Shown one piece after another: positions 21,153 through 31,434 of a stretch of DNA of 64,000 nucleotides (its first letter is position 1; each line of letters begins with the position of its first letter). The notes under the pieces were generated by a model that ran no database searches, had not been told where the DNA came from, and saw nothing but the letters and a program-made list of their open reading frames with translations. The translations under genes and the position numbers were made by a program. Source of the stretch: an uncultured Parabacteroides sp. (lineage in GTDB: Bacteria > Bacteroidota > Bacteroidia > Bacteroidales > Tannerellaceae); assembly GCA_900770835.1 (NCBI GenBank), contig CAAGLQ010000049.1, positions 728 to 64,727 on the forward strand, read 5' to 3'.

Positions 21153-22084
21153 CTATGTGGAATCGATTTTTCTTACTTGGGGTGGTACTAACCATCTGCG
21201 CTTGCAATAAGCTGGAGGATATGCCGCAGGATATCCAAGAGGATATTCCTCCGGTCGTGGTGGATCCGACACCGACGAAACAGGTGTATCTTGATGTGTC
21301 GCTTGGGGCTAACTTCTCTCATAAGTGGGGGGATTTGGATAGCATCTCGATGTTCGTCATGCGGGACGAGCAGATGGATATCGAGCATCCGGAGAATAAC
21401 AACGTGCCGGCAGTCTATCGGTATGGGGCGTGGTCGATCGAGAGCCCAATTACGATTACGGATGATAAATGGAAAGCTTATGCTTATTATCCCTATACGG
21501 CGAATCTGGAAAGTTTCAAGGTGCCTATCGTGTCGGGTGATAGTGTCCGTCGTATGGTAGGCAAGACAGCTCTGCCGTTTGGCTTCCATAATAATAATAT
21601 CGTGATCGAGATGTGGCAGCCTGTGGCGCTGGTTACGGTCTATGTGCGCAAGCAGGGCAAGGTGGAACGCAAGGTGGTGGATCAGGTGCGCTTGTATAAG
21701 AAGAACAGCGGTCTGCCGATCGAGGGTCTGCTGGATATCTTGTCGCAGTCGATTACCTATACGAAGATGGGTGACTATGTCAAGTCTGATTTGGGGTATG
21801 AGGTCTCATCGGCACAATCTGCCGAACCGATCGATATAGAGGTGTTACCGACGTATCAGCAGACCAAGGCGGCGACGGTGGATCTCTCTTCGCCTACCTA
21901 CCTAGAGCTTATGATTAATGATAGTCCCTTCTCGGCTGAACTGCCGAAGGCGGTGACTGAGTGGGAGTCGGGTAACCATTATACGATTAATGTGATTTAT
22001 AATAACGATGTGGTGACGATCGAGAGTGTCTCGATCCGACCGTGGAATACCGAGCATCTGGAGATTTTCCCGGAGGAACAGTAG
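21149..22084 (+). CDS. Fimbrillin-family lipoprotein (minor pilin)
   Basis: ICAC; AYAYYPY; WESGNHYT; IRPW. Confidence 0.8.
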   Translation: MTMWNRFFLLGVVLTICACNKLEDMPQDIQEDIPPVVVDPTPTKQVYLDVSLGANFSHKWGDLDSISMFVMRDEQMDIEHPENNNVPAVYRYGAWSIESPITITDDKWKAYAYYPYTANLESFKVPIVSGDSVRRMVGKTALPFGFHNNNIVIEMWQPVALVTVYVRKQGKVERKVVDQVRLYKKNSGLPIEGLLDILSQSITYTKMGDYVKSDLGYEVSSAQSAEPIDIEVLPTYQQTKAATVDLSSPTYLELMINDSPFSAELPKAVTEWESGNHYTINVIYNNDVVTIESVSIRPWNTEHLEIFPEEQ

Positions 22085-22519
22085 GGAGTAAAAGTTGTAG
22101 TAGGTATATTGGATATTGCGTTACCATTACGTGGGTTATGTCCAATAATGGATAATATCACTATCTGCTTGAGATAGAGTGGCTATTGCCTGTTTTGAGG
22201 GGCTGTTTTTGTGCAATTTGTAAGGTTTTGTTAAATATTTGACGATTCTGCGCGGTATTGTAGGTGTGTTTCATAGACTGCGCTTACATTTGCCGTACGA
22301 GAAAAGTCACTTTTTCTTGAACACACACTTAACTGCTTTCAGATGGGAATCTTGGAGCAGTTATACTTTTTCCGAAATCATAGTAGGCTGTCTCGGTGAG
22401 AACCAAGGCGGCTTTTATTTTGGTAAAATCGTGGTGTATTCTATTTTTGAGGTTTGTATTGTGGAATCTTAAAAGATATTGTACTTTTGCGGTGAATTAG
22501 AAACCATTTCCTTAGAACT

Positions 22520-24028
22520 ATGAGATTTGTTTGTACTTTAATTCTTTGGTGCCTTTCACTGAGCCTCTCGGCGCAATCGGGCGTGTCTGTTAAGACGGTG
22601 ACCCAAGCGGGCACTTTGCATGAGCAGTTCCAAGGGGAATCCTTGGAGCGCATTCGCATCCTCAAAGTCAAAGGTGTTCTTAATCTGCAGGACTTGAAGT
22701 TTCTCAATAACGAGCTGCGTTTGCAGGATCTCGATCTGACTGACGTGAACTTTGACTCAACGGTAGGGAAGGAGGGTCTGCTTCCTGGTTATATGTTCGA
22801 ACGTATGAAGGAATCGCTGCAGTTTATTCGCATTCCGGCTAGTGTCCGTTACTTGGGTGAAGGGGCGTTTGAGGGGATGACGGCACTGCAGCATATCGGG
22901 GTGTCTGGTGAGATTTTGGAGGTGGGCAAGAACGCTTTCCGGGGTTGTACCAAGCTCTCTATCCAAGGCGATGAGTTTGTGCGTGCCGAGGTGATCGATG
23001 ATTATGCGTTCGCAGATTGTGCGGCGTTGGTGGAGATCCACCTGGGTCCGAAATTGGCTAAGTTGGGAATGAAGGTGTTCCAGCATTGCAAATCCCTCAT
23101 GCGGGTGTCGATCGATCCGGCGAATGAGTCCTTGCTGTTTATCCCCGAGGGGGCCTTCTTCCAGTGTACCTCTTTGCAAGAGGTGGATATCCCGAACTTG
23201 GTGAAATCTATCGATAAGTCCTCTTTTATTGGGTGTAGCTCGCTCTCGCAAATAAACCTGCGTACCTTGGTACCGCCGATGTTGGCGGATGCGGCGTTTG
23301 AGTCACGGGTGCATCCGATGTCGGTCTATGTGAATGCGAAGTCTCTCCAGTTCTATAAAAGGTCGGGTACCTGGCGACGGTTCCGTAATTATTTCATCGA
23401 GGCGAGGAGCAAGACGCTCTATGTGGCTGATAAGGCTGAGGAACGGATTCGCCCGAATGTGACACAACCGGCGGAGGTGTATGTACCCACCGAAGAGGGG
23501 ACACCAGACGATCCTAAGGGCTCTGATAACGAGGATCATCCGGTCGAGAGTGCACCCGCTGAACCGGTAGTCGAGCAACCGAAGGAGGCTGCGCCCAAGA
23601 ATGAGGTAGAGATTCCGGAGGAGGAGCGTTGGCCGGAGATTGATAAGCCGATGGTGCAAACTCCGGTAGAGACACCTGCCGAGGTGGAGCGGATCACCAG
23701 TCCGCTGCCGAAACAGGAGGATCAATCCTTCGTGGAGGAGGTGACCGAGAAACATGGGCAGCAGCCGGAGCCTGTGCAACAGACCTACTTCAATTCGGAG
23801 GTGATTAATCCGGCGGTTTCCGCGCTGACCTTCTACGTGAAGGGGGGCATCGTCCATATCGAGGCACCGGTAAAGATCAAACAGCTGACGATCCTCGATC
23901 TGCAGGGGCGCTCGATCTTCGCGAATAAATTATCTGATACGCTATATACGACCTCTATTTCCCAAGCCTCCATGCGGCTGATCCGTGCGGTGTACGAGGG
24001 TGGTGTCGAAACGAAAAGATTTCGGTAA
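22520..24028 (+). CDS. BspA-like leucine-rich repeat surface protein with Pro/Glu linker and T9SS-type C-terminal domain
   Basis: Repeated IP..V..LG..AF.GC motifs; C-terminal ILDLQGR...ETKRFR. Confidence 0.8.
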   Translation: MRFVCTLILWCLSLSLSAQSGVSVKTVTQAGTLHEQFQGESLERIRILKVKGVLNLQDLKFLNNELRLQDLDLTDVNFDSTVGKEGLLPGYMFERMKESLQFIRIPASVRYLGEGAFEGMTALQHIGVSGEILEVGKNAFRGCTKLSIQGDEFVRAEVIDDYAFADCAALVEIHLGPKLAKLGMKVFQHCKSLMRVSIDPANESLLFIPEGAFFQCTSLQEVDIPNLVKSIDKSSFIGCSSLSQINLRTLVPPMLADAAFESRVHPMSVYVNAKSLQFYKRSGTWRRFRNYFIEARSKTLYVADKAEERIRPNVTQPAEVYVPTEEGTPDDPKGSDNEDHPVESAPAEPVVEQPKEAAPKNEVEIPEEERWPEIDKPMVQTPVETPAEVERITSPLPKQEDQSFVEEVTEKHGQQPEPVQQTYFNSEVINPAVSALTFYVKGGIVHIEAPVKIKQLTILDLQGRSIFANKLSDTLYTTSISQASMRLIRAVYEGGVETKRFR

Positions 24029-24229
24029 GATGCGAGTGGATGGTAGTAATGGCGTATATGGGTTGAACAGGGCCTTCCGGATGATGCTGACTAAATATCC
24101 AATCGAAAAATCAGGTTTTTGGAGGGGCTTGGTTAATGAGTGTATAATTCAGTGGGTTTCTGCCGCTGTCTTTAGGATGGAGTAGGGGACCTGTTTACCT
24201 TTGCTTCAAACAATAAAGCGTTGAACGAA

Positions 24230-24877
24230 ATGAATGCGAACGTATTACGATATGGTTGGTTGGGATTCCTGATGGGGCTGATGGCTTGTACGGAATCGGT
24301 AGATCCGGCAGTGGGCCGGGTCTATAATGCGGATCATTCCTTTACAATAGGGGTGGTATCCGACCGTCAACCGTTGGGTATGGTGTTCGCAATGGAGGCG
24401 GGGCCGGATAGTGCGTATGCCTATGTGGTGTCTCTGACGGAGTGTAGCCTGCCAATCGCTGGCGACAGAGGCTTCTTGTCTGCAGATACCTCGTCAACGG
24501 CATTCAATGGGTTCGCTAATACGCAGCTGTGGCGTGACTCCCTGTCGGGAGGGGCGCTGTTGGATCAGCTGGCTGCCTATGGTAAGGGGTGGTTCATCCC
24601 TTCTGTGGGGGAGTGGCGTATGCTGCGGGATTCGTTCCTGGTCACGAACGAGCGTCTGGCGTTGTTGCCGGCGACCGATCCGCTGTGCCAGGGGCAGTAT
24701 TGGTGCTCAACGGGTCATGCTGAGCGTAACTATGGCTACTGCGGTGTGGCTTACGATGTGTATTCGGATACCTTCGGCCTGTTCAACCGGGCGGACTCTT
24801 GTCGAGTGCGTCCGATGCGAAGGGTGCTGCTGAAGGGATCTTTGTGGAAGAAATGGATAGAAAATCAAACCTTTTAA
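24230..24877 (+). CDS. DUF1566/C-type-lectin-like lipoprotein
   Basis: LMAC; NGFANT; GWFIPSVGEW; YWCST...CRVRPMR. Confidence 0.7.
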   Translation: MNANVLRYGWLGFLMGLMACTESVDPAVGRVYNADHSFTIGVVSDRQPLGMVFAMEAGPDSAYAYVVSLTECSLPIAGDRGFLSADTSSTAFNGFANTQLWRDSLSGGALLDQLAAYGKGWFIPSVGEWRMLRDSFLVTNERLALLPATDPLCQGQYWCSTGHAERNYGYCGVAYDVYSDTFGLFNRADSCRVRPMRRVLLKGSLWKKWIENQTF

Positions 24878-24879
24878 CT

Positions 24880-27800
24880 ATGTGTTGTATGAATAAAGTA
24901 CGCAATGTGTTATGGTCACTCCTGTTCTTAATGGGCTTAGTTGGGGTGACTGCCTGTGGGGATGATGACGGTCCCCAGACAAATGGGAATGGTGATGTGC
25001 TGGCATATCTCTACGACGTGGAGGAGCGGACAGATGGCACAGAGACCAAGGCTCCGAAATCGACCTGGACAACAGGGGACGCCATCGGCGTATTCTGTGT
25101 GGAGCCAGGTAAGCAACTGGGTCGTGTCAACTATGTCTCCAATTATAAATATGTATATGACGGGAGTAAATTCAAACCGGCTACCGCTGCGGATAATATC
25201 TGGATCAGCCGACAGGGTTCGTTTAAGTTCTTTGCGTATTATCCCTACGACGCAAGCAAGACGGGTGTCGATGCGACGGCTATGGAATTTACGCTGTCTT
25301 CGGACCAATCGGTTGAGACGAACCGGATCGCTTCCGATATTATCGCAGGTCAGTCCTATACGGCGGATAACACGACGGGTGAGGTGGATATGATTTTCTA
25401 CCACATGATGTCGGATGTGCGTTTTGTATGGACACGTGACGATGCGGAGAATGGGGAGTATGTGCGGGCGTTGTTCGCACCGAAGGCGATTGTGAACTTG
25501 GATCAGCTGACCTCACAGGTGGCTCCGGGGCAGACGATCGGTACCGGTATCCGCATGAACGTAAAAACGGAGTTTAATGCGGTGGCGGGTTCGACGGAGT
25601 ATCAGGTGTATGTGCCGCCCGTGTCGATTAACCATGATCAGGATGTGTTTGTACCCTATGATGCGAACGAGGAGAAGCTCTCCTCGATCAAGGCGAACTT
25701 GGGTGCGCCGGGTACAGCCAAACAGCTGGAGCGGGGCAAGACCTATGACCTGGCGGGAACCATGTACACGATCACGGCGGACGTGCGCCGTAACGGCGAC
25801 CTGGTGACTGACGGGTGTGACGATTTCGACGGCTGCGTGGTGAACGCCGACGGCGGTGGCGACGCAGGAGACTTGAAACAGTTTGTGGGTCGTTACCTCT
25901 CCGGGCGGACCTGCACGGTGACAGCGGAGATAGCGGACAACGTAGTGCCGGGAACGCAGTTCATCGGGTGGTTTGAGTACGACCGGACAAGTGCTACTTG
26001 GTCTAAGGTGGAGGGCGCTACCGAGACCTATACGTTTGACGTGACAAAAAATAGACGCTTGCAGGCTCGTTATGAGAACTACGTCTTCGGTCCTTGGACG
26101 TTGCAATGGACCCATGCGGGTGTGTCTACTGACGGGAGTGGTAACTTCACAACGACGATATCGAACATGGGTACTCCGGCAGGGGGCTTGACGCTGGTGC
26201 CGAAGGCGACCCGCGACGTGACCCTCGATGGCGAGGTGGTAACGGATCCGGCGTTCACGACCCGCGAGGGTAGCCAGGTGGTGATGGAGATCGTGGACCA
26301 GACCCCGGACACGGATATGTGGGACGTGAACCCGTGGACGTTTGATGACGCCACGAAGGTTGTCACGGTTACCCCGAACATCGACTTTACCGATAACGGG
26401 ACAAGCGGCACGCCGCTTGAGCGTAACCTGAAACTGAGCGTGAAGCTGCTGCAGGGTGGCCCGAACTACGATCCGGTCAACCATATCTATGACGACCTGT
26501 TGCTGACAGGCAACGGTGGGGATATGAGCATCGTGCAGAGCAAGGGTACCATGGCTTACAGCGCTTGGAAAGTGGAGACCGCTCCGACGGATAACTCGGG
26601 TATGCTGGCCAACGGCACGACAGTATCTTCAGTGGACGCGTTCGCCTATCGGACTTGGACATTGTCGGGCCAGACAGTGAAACGGGAGTCCACCTCCGCC
26701 TATACGAATATCACGGCGGCGTTCACGACAACGGACAGCCACTGGACAGTGACTCCGGGCACGGAGGCGCTGACCAAGACGGTGACGATCGAGGGGCATG
26801 AGTTCACCCTGATCAATGGACGTAACTTCAAGGTGCAGGCGGCGAACAATGAGTCACTCAATGTACGAAACATCACCTGCCGCTTCAGCAGCAACTCGGT
26901 GTACTTGGATGTGGCGTTTAGCCAGCAGGCGGGTGTCAAGACGAACCGGAGCTACTCGGATTGGGTGATCGCCTTGACGGCGACGCCGACAACGCTGGAG
27001 CCGTACGCCTCCTCGGGCAACACCAATACCTCGTTGATCACGACATCGGCTTCCCGTACGATGACCTTTAAGTGGAACGAGACGGGTGACGACAAGACGG
27101 AGTCCCAGACGGACGGCGGCAGCTATAACTTTGGTAATGGCAATACCGGCACGCATCCGAAGGTGACCTGGACGGTGACGCCGGAGAAGAGCGGACAGTT
27201 CTTCGCGCAGAGCGGCAACATCACGGGTAACCGTGTGGCGGTGAATAAGAACTATATTCTCATGCAGGATACACCGGCCACGAGTGCCACGGTGACGGCA
27301 ACGATCTCGAACAGTGTATCGGATAATGGCAACGGTAACGCGAATAGCTCAAAGGATATTACCTTGACTCAGAAGGGTGGTGCCTATACGGAGACGTTTG
27401 ATGGTTGGACGGGCCAAAAGATTACCGTGGGGTCTGCGATCAATGGTGACGGTGGTACGACAACGTTCTCGGTAACGGTACCGAGCGGGTGGATCCGGGC
27501 GTATATCAATGGTGACCGCATGGCGGCGGGTGACTACCAGATATCGGCGGAGTGGAGTACGACATCGATTAGTAGTTCGTCTAATCAGTTCTCTGTTCAG
27601 AACGCTTCAAGCGGTAATGTGTCGGCCGAGGGTAACCATAGTAGCACACAGCCGGATTATACCTCTTGGTCGGGTGGTGGGGCTTCGTTGAGTAGCTCCA
27701 GCTTCGGGCGCAGTGGTGGATCAACGACGATATCGGCATCGGCTTATCCTACCCGTGAGGTATGGACACGGTACAATACCTCTACTCGTACGGCTACGTT

Positions 27801-28758
27801 GACGGCTACGTTTACGAAACCTGCTTCGCATGCGTCTCAGAGTTATGTACCTACTCCGCCGAATGCGACGGCCACTGTTTCACAGAATGGCTCTTCAACG
27901 GAGTTGAGTGGAACACGTAGCACAGAAAGTGATACGGAGTTTTCATGCTCGGAGAATCAGTCCTGGTCGAGTACATCGGGGAAGACGTTGTATGTGGATT
28001 CGTATGCGCCAACAGAAACGGTGACAACGGATGTGTCTGCAGGTTCTTTGTCAGTGTCTCCTACAAGTATAAGTGCAAGAGGTGGTAACATTAGTGCCTC
28101 GGCTGGCTCTGGTACTCGTTATTACGATGTTTATTATTCATCGTATAACCGGAGTGGTACAGTGACGATTACATTTACTAAGTCTGGTATATCCAAGACT
28201 GTTGGGTATTCACAATCGAGCTCAAGGACCTATAAAGAAAGTGGTACATCAAGTGTTTCGGGTTCTATCTCTTGGCCGTCTTGGGCAAGTGGAGGGTATG
28301 CGAGCGAAAATACTTCAACCTCGTCACGGTCGGGTTCGGTAACGGCTAAGTATAGTTATGATGGGTATTCAGATTCAAGGTCGGTGACGATTACGCAGGC
28401 TGCGGCTGAGATTACCTATAGTAATTACAAGATTACGGTGAATCCGACGTCAATGAGCTGGGCTGGTAACTCTGAAACAAGCAAATCGTATTCGGTTTCA
28501 GGTTCTGCTACGAAATATGTCAATGGGACTTCTCAGGGTACGGTTAGCTTTAGTGTGACAAGTATCAGTGCGTCTTGTACGGGTGACTTTAGTGGCAGCT
28601 CAAGTAGTATTTGGCCGGATGGAACTAATGAAACGAGCTCGACTAAGACAGGTACGGCGACTATTACAGGTTATGTGAATGGGACGAAGTGTACTGCTAC
28701 TATTAGCTTGTCGCAGGCGGTTCGTGATTGGACGGTCACTGGTGGTGGAGGGAATTAA
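24880..28758 (+). CDS. Large fimbrillin-anchored tip adhesin with Ser/Thr-rich repeat modules
   Basis: VTAC; TKA; GDAIGVF; FFAYYPY; FYHMMS; InlB-B-repeat-like FIGW..YTF; modules ending T.SQ/T.TQ. Confidence 0.8.
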   Translation: MCCMNKVRNVLWSLLFLMGLVGVTACGDDDGPQTNGNGDVLAYLYDVEERTDGTETKAPKSTWTTGDAIGVFCVEPGKQLGRVNYVSNYKYVYDGSKFKPATAADNIWISRQGSFKFFAYYPYDASKTGVDATAMEFTLSSDQSVETNRIASDIIAGQSYTADNTTGEVDMIFYHMMSDVRFVWTRDDAENGEYVRALFAPKAIVNLDQLTSQVAPGQTIGTGIRMNVKTEFNAVAGSTEYQVYVPPVSINHDQDVFVPYDANEEKLSSIKANLGAPGTAKQLERGKTYDLAGTMYTITADVRRNGDLVTDGCDDFDGCVVNADGGGDAGDLKQFVGRYLSGRTCTVTAEIADNVVPGTQFIGWFEYDRTSATWSKVEGATETYTFDVTKNRRLQARYENYVFGPWTLQWTHAGVSTDGSGNFTTTISNMGTPAGGLTLVPKATRDVTLDGEVVTDPAFTTREGSQVVMEIVDQTPDTDMWDVNPWTFDDATKVVTVTPNIDFTDNGTSGTPLERNLKLSVKLLQGGPNYDPVNHIYDDLLLTGNGGDMSIVQSKGTMAYSAWKVETAPTDNSGMLANGTTVSSVDAFAYRTWTLSGQTVKRESTSAYTNITAAFTTTDSHWTVTPGTEALTKTVTIEGHEFTLINGRNFKVQAANNESLNVRNITCRFSSNSVYLDVAFSQQAGVKTNRSYSDWVIALTATPTTLEPYASSGNTNTSLITTSASRTMTFKWNETGDDKTESQTDGGSYNFGNGNTGTHPKVTWTVTPEKSGQFFAQSGNITGNRVAVNKNYILMQDTPATSATVTATISNSVSDNGNGNANSSKDITLTQKGGAYTETFDGWTGQKITVGSAINGDGGTTTFSVTVPSGWIRAYINGDRMAAGDYQISAEWSTTSISSSSNQFSVQNASSGNVSAEGNHSSTQPDYTSWSGGGASLSSSSFGRSGGSTTISASAYPTREVWTRYNTSTRTATLTATFTKPASHASQSYVPTPPNATATVSQNGSSTELSGTRSTESDTEFSCSENQSWSSTSGKTLYVDSYAPTETVTTDVSAGSLSVSPTSISARGGNISASAGSGTRYYDVYYSSYNRSGTVTITFTKSGISKTVGYSQSSSRTYKESGTSSVSGSISWPSWASGGYASENTSTSSRSGSVTAKYSYDGYSDSRSVTITQAAAEITYSNYKITVNPTSMSWAGNSETSKSYSVSGSATKYVNGTSQGTVSFSVTSISASCTGDFSGSSSSIWPDGTNETSSTKTGTATITGYVNGTKCTATISLSQAVRDWTVTGGGGN

Positions 28759-28812
28759 TTCCTCCACTATTTATGGAAATTATTATATCTTTGTAATCTA
28801 AATATTTTTTCT

Positions 28813-30090
28813 ATGAACAAACTAAAATTGTATTTATCATTGATAGGGCTACTATTAATAGCCTCTATGCCAAAAGCGTGGTCATACGAAGATTTGACAA
28901 ACGTAGTTGTGGAATTGGTTGATATACCAGATGTTTCTGTTACTATAAGAGAGACTCATTATGGGAATATTGCCGTAAAAGGTCAAACCAAAGTATTGGG
29001 TGTAACTTTGTACAGTAACTTGACAAGTACGAAACAATGCGATATAACCTTTGCAGCATTTAAAAATGATGGAGAGGTTGTACAAATCTATGATGGCGAC
29101 AAGAATGTTTCACTCGAGGCAAACGGTAGCTATGAATTGAAGGTTCCTTGTTTAATCAATTTGCCAGAAGGAGACTATCATTTTGTACCGGTGATCCATT
29201 TTACGGGTGATTCTAAATGGTATATATGTCGTAGGATGACTTCTGTTGTCAAGAACGGATATTGGAAGTTACATGTCTATGAGGATTATAAGGCTCCCTC
29301 TTCAGATTACATGAACCTACCAGATATAGAAGGTAAGGGCGATAGCGAATATAGCCTCTATCATTTTTATCAGAACGAAAAGTTCAGAGTAGAGATGAAT
29401 TTAGTTAATAAGCGTTCTGAGGAATTAAGAGGAAAGCTAAAAATCGTTTGGGAACGAAATATGGCTAAGTTTTGGCGGGGAATGAGCTATGAATCCGGCG
29501 ATATTACCACCGAATGGCAAGAGTGTGCTTCAATGTTAGCTTATGCAGGAGATACGAGAGCGGTCAATGGAGCAATACCTATATCAATACCTGCGAATGA
29601 GTCTCTGCATTTGATCATAAAGGATTGTTATTTGTGTAGTTATCATGATTATGGTAATAGATGGAGTCCTTTTTTGTGTGCTTATTTTTTACCTGAGGGG
29701 AGTGCTGATATAGAATCTAACTGGTTATTGGTCAATGAAAATGCAGACTTCGCTTTTGATGAAACGGTTTTGAAAGATAATTATGGCTGGGACCATGGCT
29801 TGAATCAGTTGGCTTGCAAAACCTTTGAAGGTTCATTATCAACGGAACGCATCAATATAGAATCGATAGTATTTTCTTATAATAGAAGCGTCCGGATGGT
29901 TACTATTGAAGGGCTCACGGACTCTGGCTTTATCCGTGTGATAACTATGGATGGAAAATTAGTAGAAACAGCCTGTTCAATCGTAAATGGATCATCTTCA
30001 TTTGTGCTACCCTCAAATGGGAGGATCTACATCATTAGTATTTATGATTCGGATGGGATGTTAGTTAAGTCATTCAAGGTCCTTTCATAA
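28813..30090 (+). CDS. Secreted protein with T9SS-type C-terminal domain
   Basis: Signal peptide; C-terminal MDGKLV...GRIYII...KSFKV; AT-rich; TATCTTTG promoter near 28786. Confidence 0.65.
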   Translation: MNKLKLYLSLIGLLLIASMPKAWSYEDLTNVVVELVDIPDVSVTIRETHYGNIAVKGQTKVLGVTLYSNLTSTKQCDITFAAFKNDGEVVQIYDGDKNVSLEANGSYELKVPCLINLPEGDYHFVPVIHFTGDSKWYICRRMTSVVKNGYWKLHVYEDYKAPSSDYMNLPDIEGKGDSEYSLYHFYQNEKFRVEMNLVNKRSEELRGKLKIVWERNMAKFWRGMSYESGDITTEWQECASMLAYAGDTRAVNGAIPISIPANESLHLIIKDCYLCSYHDYGNRWSPFLCAYFLPEGSADIESNWLLVNENADFAFDETVLKDNYGWDHGLNQLACKTFEGSLSTERINIESIVFSYNRSVRMVTIEGLTDSGFIRVITMDGKLVETACSIVNGSSSFVLPSNGRIYIISIYDSDGMLVKSFKVLS

Positions 30091-30277
30091 AACTGCGGAA
30101 ATTCTTGACTGAAAGATGTTGCATAGAACAACTGTGAGAATCAGTTGAGAACTGTTATATGAAAGGTGTATGATTCCTTGGTTATAGATTGTTAAAAAAT
30201 ATCGGTATGTTTTGATATATATCTATTGATATAATAAGTTATATATACCTTTGTTTCACAAACTAAAATGTTTAACT

Positions 30278-31141
30278 ATGAAAAGATTACGTTTATGCTA
30301 TTTATTGCTGACATTAGTCTTATTTGGATTAGGTGCATGTCAGGAGAAGTTTGAGAATGAATCAGAGTATTCTGATTCAAATCGTACGGAATTCTCAGTC
30401 AAAGAAGAGGTAATAACTAAGGCTGGGACTAAGTCCACCTCCATTACTGGTGGTACGGGAACTTTTAAGACTGGATCAAGCACTACAGTTACTGCAAAGG
30501 GTGGGGCGACAATCACAGGGAAGCGCACATCTGGCAGCGGTTCTATTGGCGCTACTTATCAACAAGGTGGAGTTGCTAAAGCTGATATTAATGACATCCA
30601 TGGTGATTGGACTGTTTCTGCAACAATCCCCACTTATACAGTTACTGTAAAAGCTGGAACGGGTGGATCTGCGTCTGGAGGTGGTACTGTTGAGGCTGGT
30701 GATGCAGTTACATTGAGATATTCAAAGAATAGCGGCTATGATTTTAATGGTTGGACATCTAGTAATGGTCAATCAATAGCAAGTTCTGCTTCATCATTCG
30801 TGCCTAGTTCGGACTGTACTGTGACTGCAAATTTCAAGGCTGCTGCAGCATCTACTGGAACCTTGGTTGTGTCTGTTTTAAATTGGTATGGTAGTGATAG
30901 TTATCTATCAAAAGTGTCGTATAACTTAGATGGAAGTACTACTACTGTAACGGGCAGGTGGGATGAACCAGATGACTTCTTGACCAAAACATTGTCTGCT
31001 GGTTCACACAGCATTTCTATTGTTTCTTCAGGAACTACAGTGGTTGGAGCAAGTGGTTACAAAGTGTATTTTGATCCCGCAACATTTACTATAAGCGCAG
31101 GTCAAACCACGTATGTGAATTTGATAGTTACAACTAACTAA
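30278..31141 (+). CDS. Surface lipoprotein with InlB B-repeat-like domain and putatively switchable C-terminal domain
   Basis: LGAC; TKA; GGSASGGG..GYDFNGW...TVTANF; contains the left inverted repeat. Confidence 0.8.
   Translation: MKRLRLCYLLLTLVLFGLGACQEKFENESEYSDSNRTEFSVKEEVITKAGTKSTSITGGTGTFKTGSSTTVTAKGGATITGKRTSGSGSIGATYQQGGVAKADINDIHGDWTVSATIPTYTVTVKAGTGGSASGGGTVEAGDAVTLRYSKNSGYDFNGWTSSNGQSIASSASSFVPSSDCTVTANFKAAAASTGTLVVSVLNWYGSDSYLSKVSYNLDGSTTTVTGRWDEPDDFLTKTLSAGSHSISIVSSGTTVVGASGYKVYFDPATFTISAGQTTYVNLIVTTN
30806..30842 (+). repeat. 37-bp inverted repeat, left copy
   Basis: AGTTCGGACTGTACTGTGACTGCAAATTTCAAGGCTG, exact reverse complement of 31737-31773. Confidence 0.95.
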
Positions 31142-31154
31142 ATAACAGCACAAT

Positions 31155-31203
31155 CAATTGGGTAGGAGCGCAGGGAATTAATCTCTACGCTCCTACCCGA
31201 TTG
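31155..31203. terminator. Long hairpin between the convergent alternative C-termini
   Basis: CAATTGGGTAGGAGCGCAGGGA-attaa-TCTCTACGCTCCTACCCGATTG. Confidence 0.7.
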
Positions 31204-31238
31204 TATCAGAGTTTGCGTACTCCACCTATATGTATGGT

Positions 31239-31310
31239 AGCGCCGTATACGAAACCCGTACTTACGGTGCAATGAGTGGTGCTGGGGCGAAATCCCCACA
31301 TCTACTCTAT
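31239..31310 (+). ncRNA. Group II intron (class C-like) domain V-VI remnant
   Basis: GCGCCGTA-TACG-aaacc-CGTA-ct-TACGGTGC (CGC triad, 2-nt bulge), then a TGGGG/CCCCA stem ending CTACTCTAT. Confidence 0.65.
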
Positions 31311-31434
31311 TAGCACACAACATTATCTTGTTATCTAATCTGTTGGAAAGTCGAAGTCATCATGAATAGATGTAAACATAATTACTTTGCGCTATTCCAA
31401 ACTTCTCGATATGACAACTAAAAATGGTATTGGC

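Noticed and set aside
31138..31323. 61-aa minus-strand ORF as a third cassette
   Set aside because: No copy of the 37-bp repeat; it overlaps the hairpin and intron-like structure.
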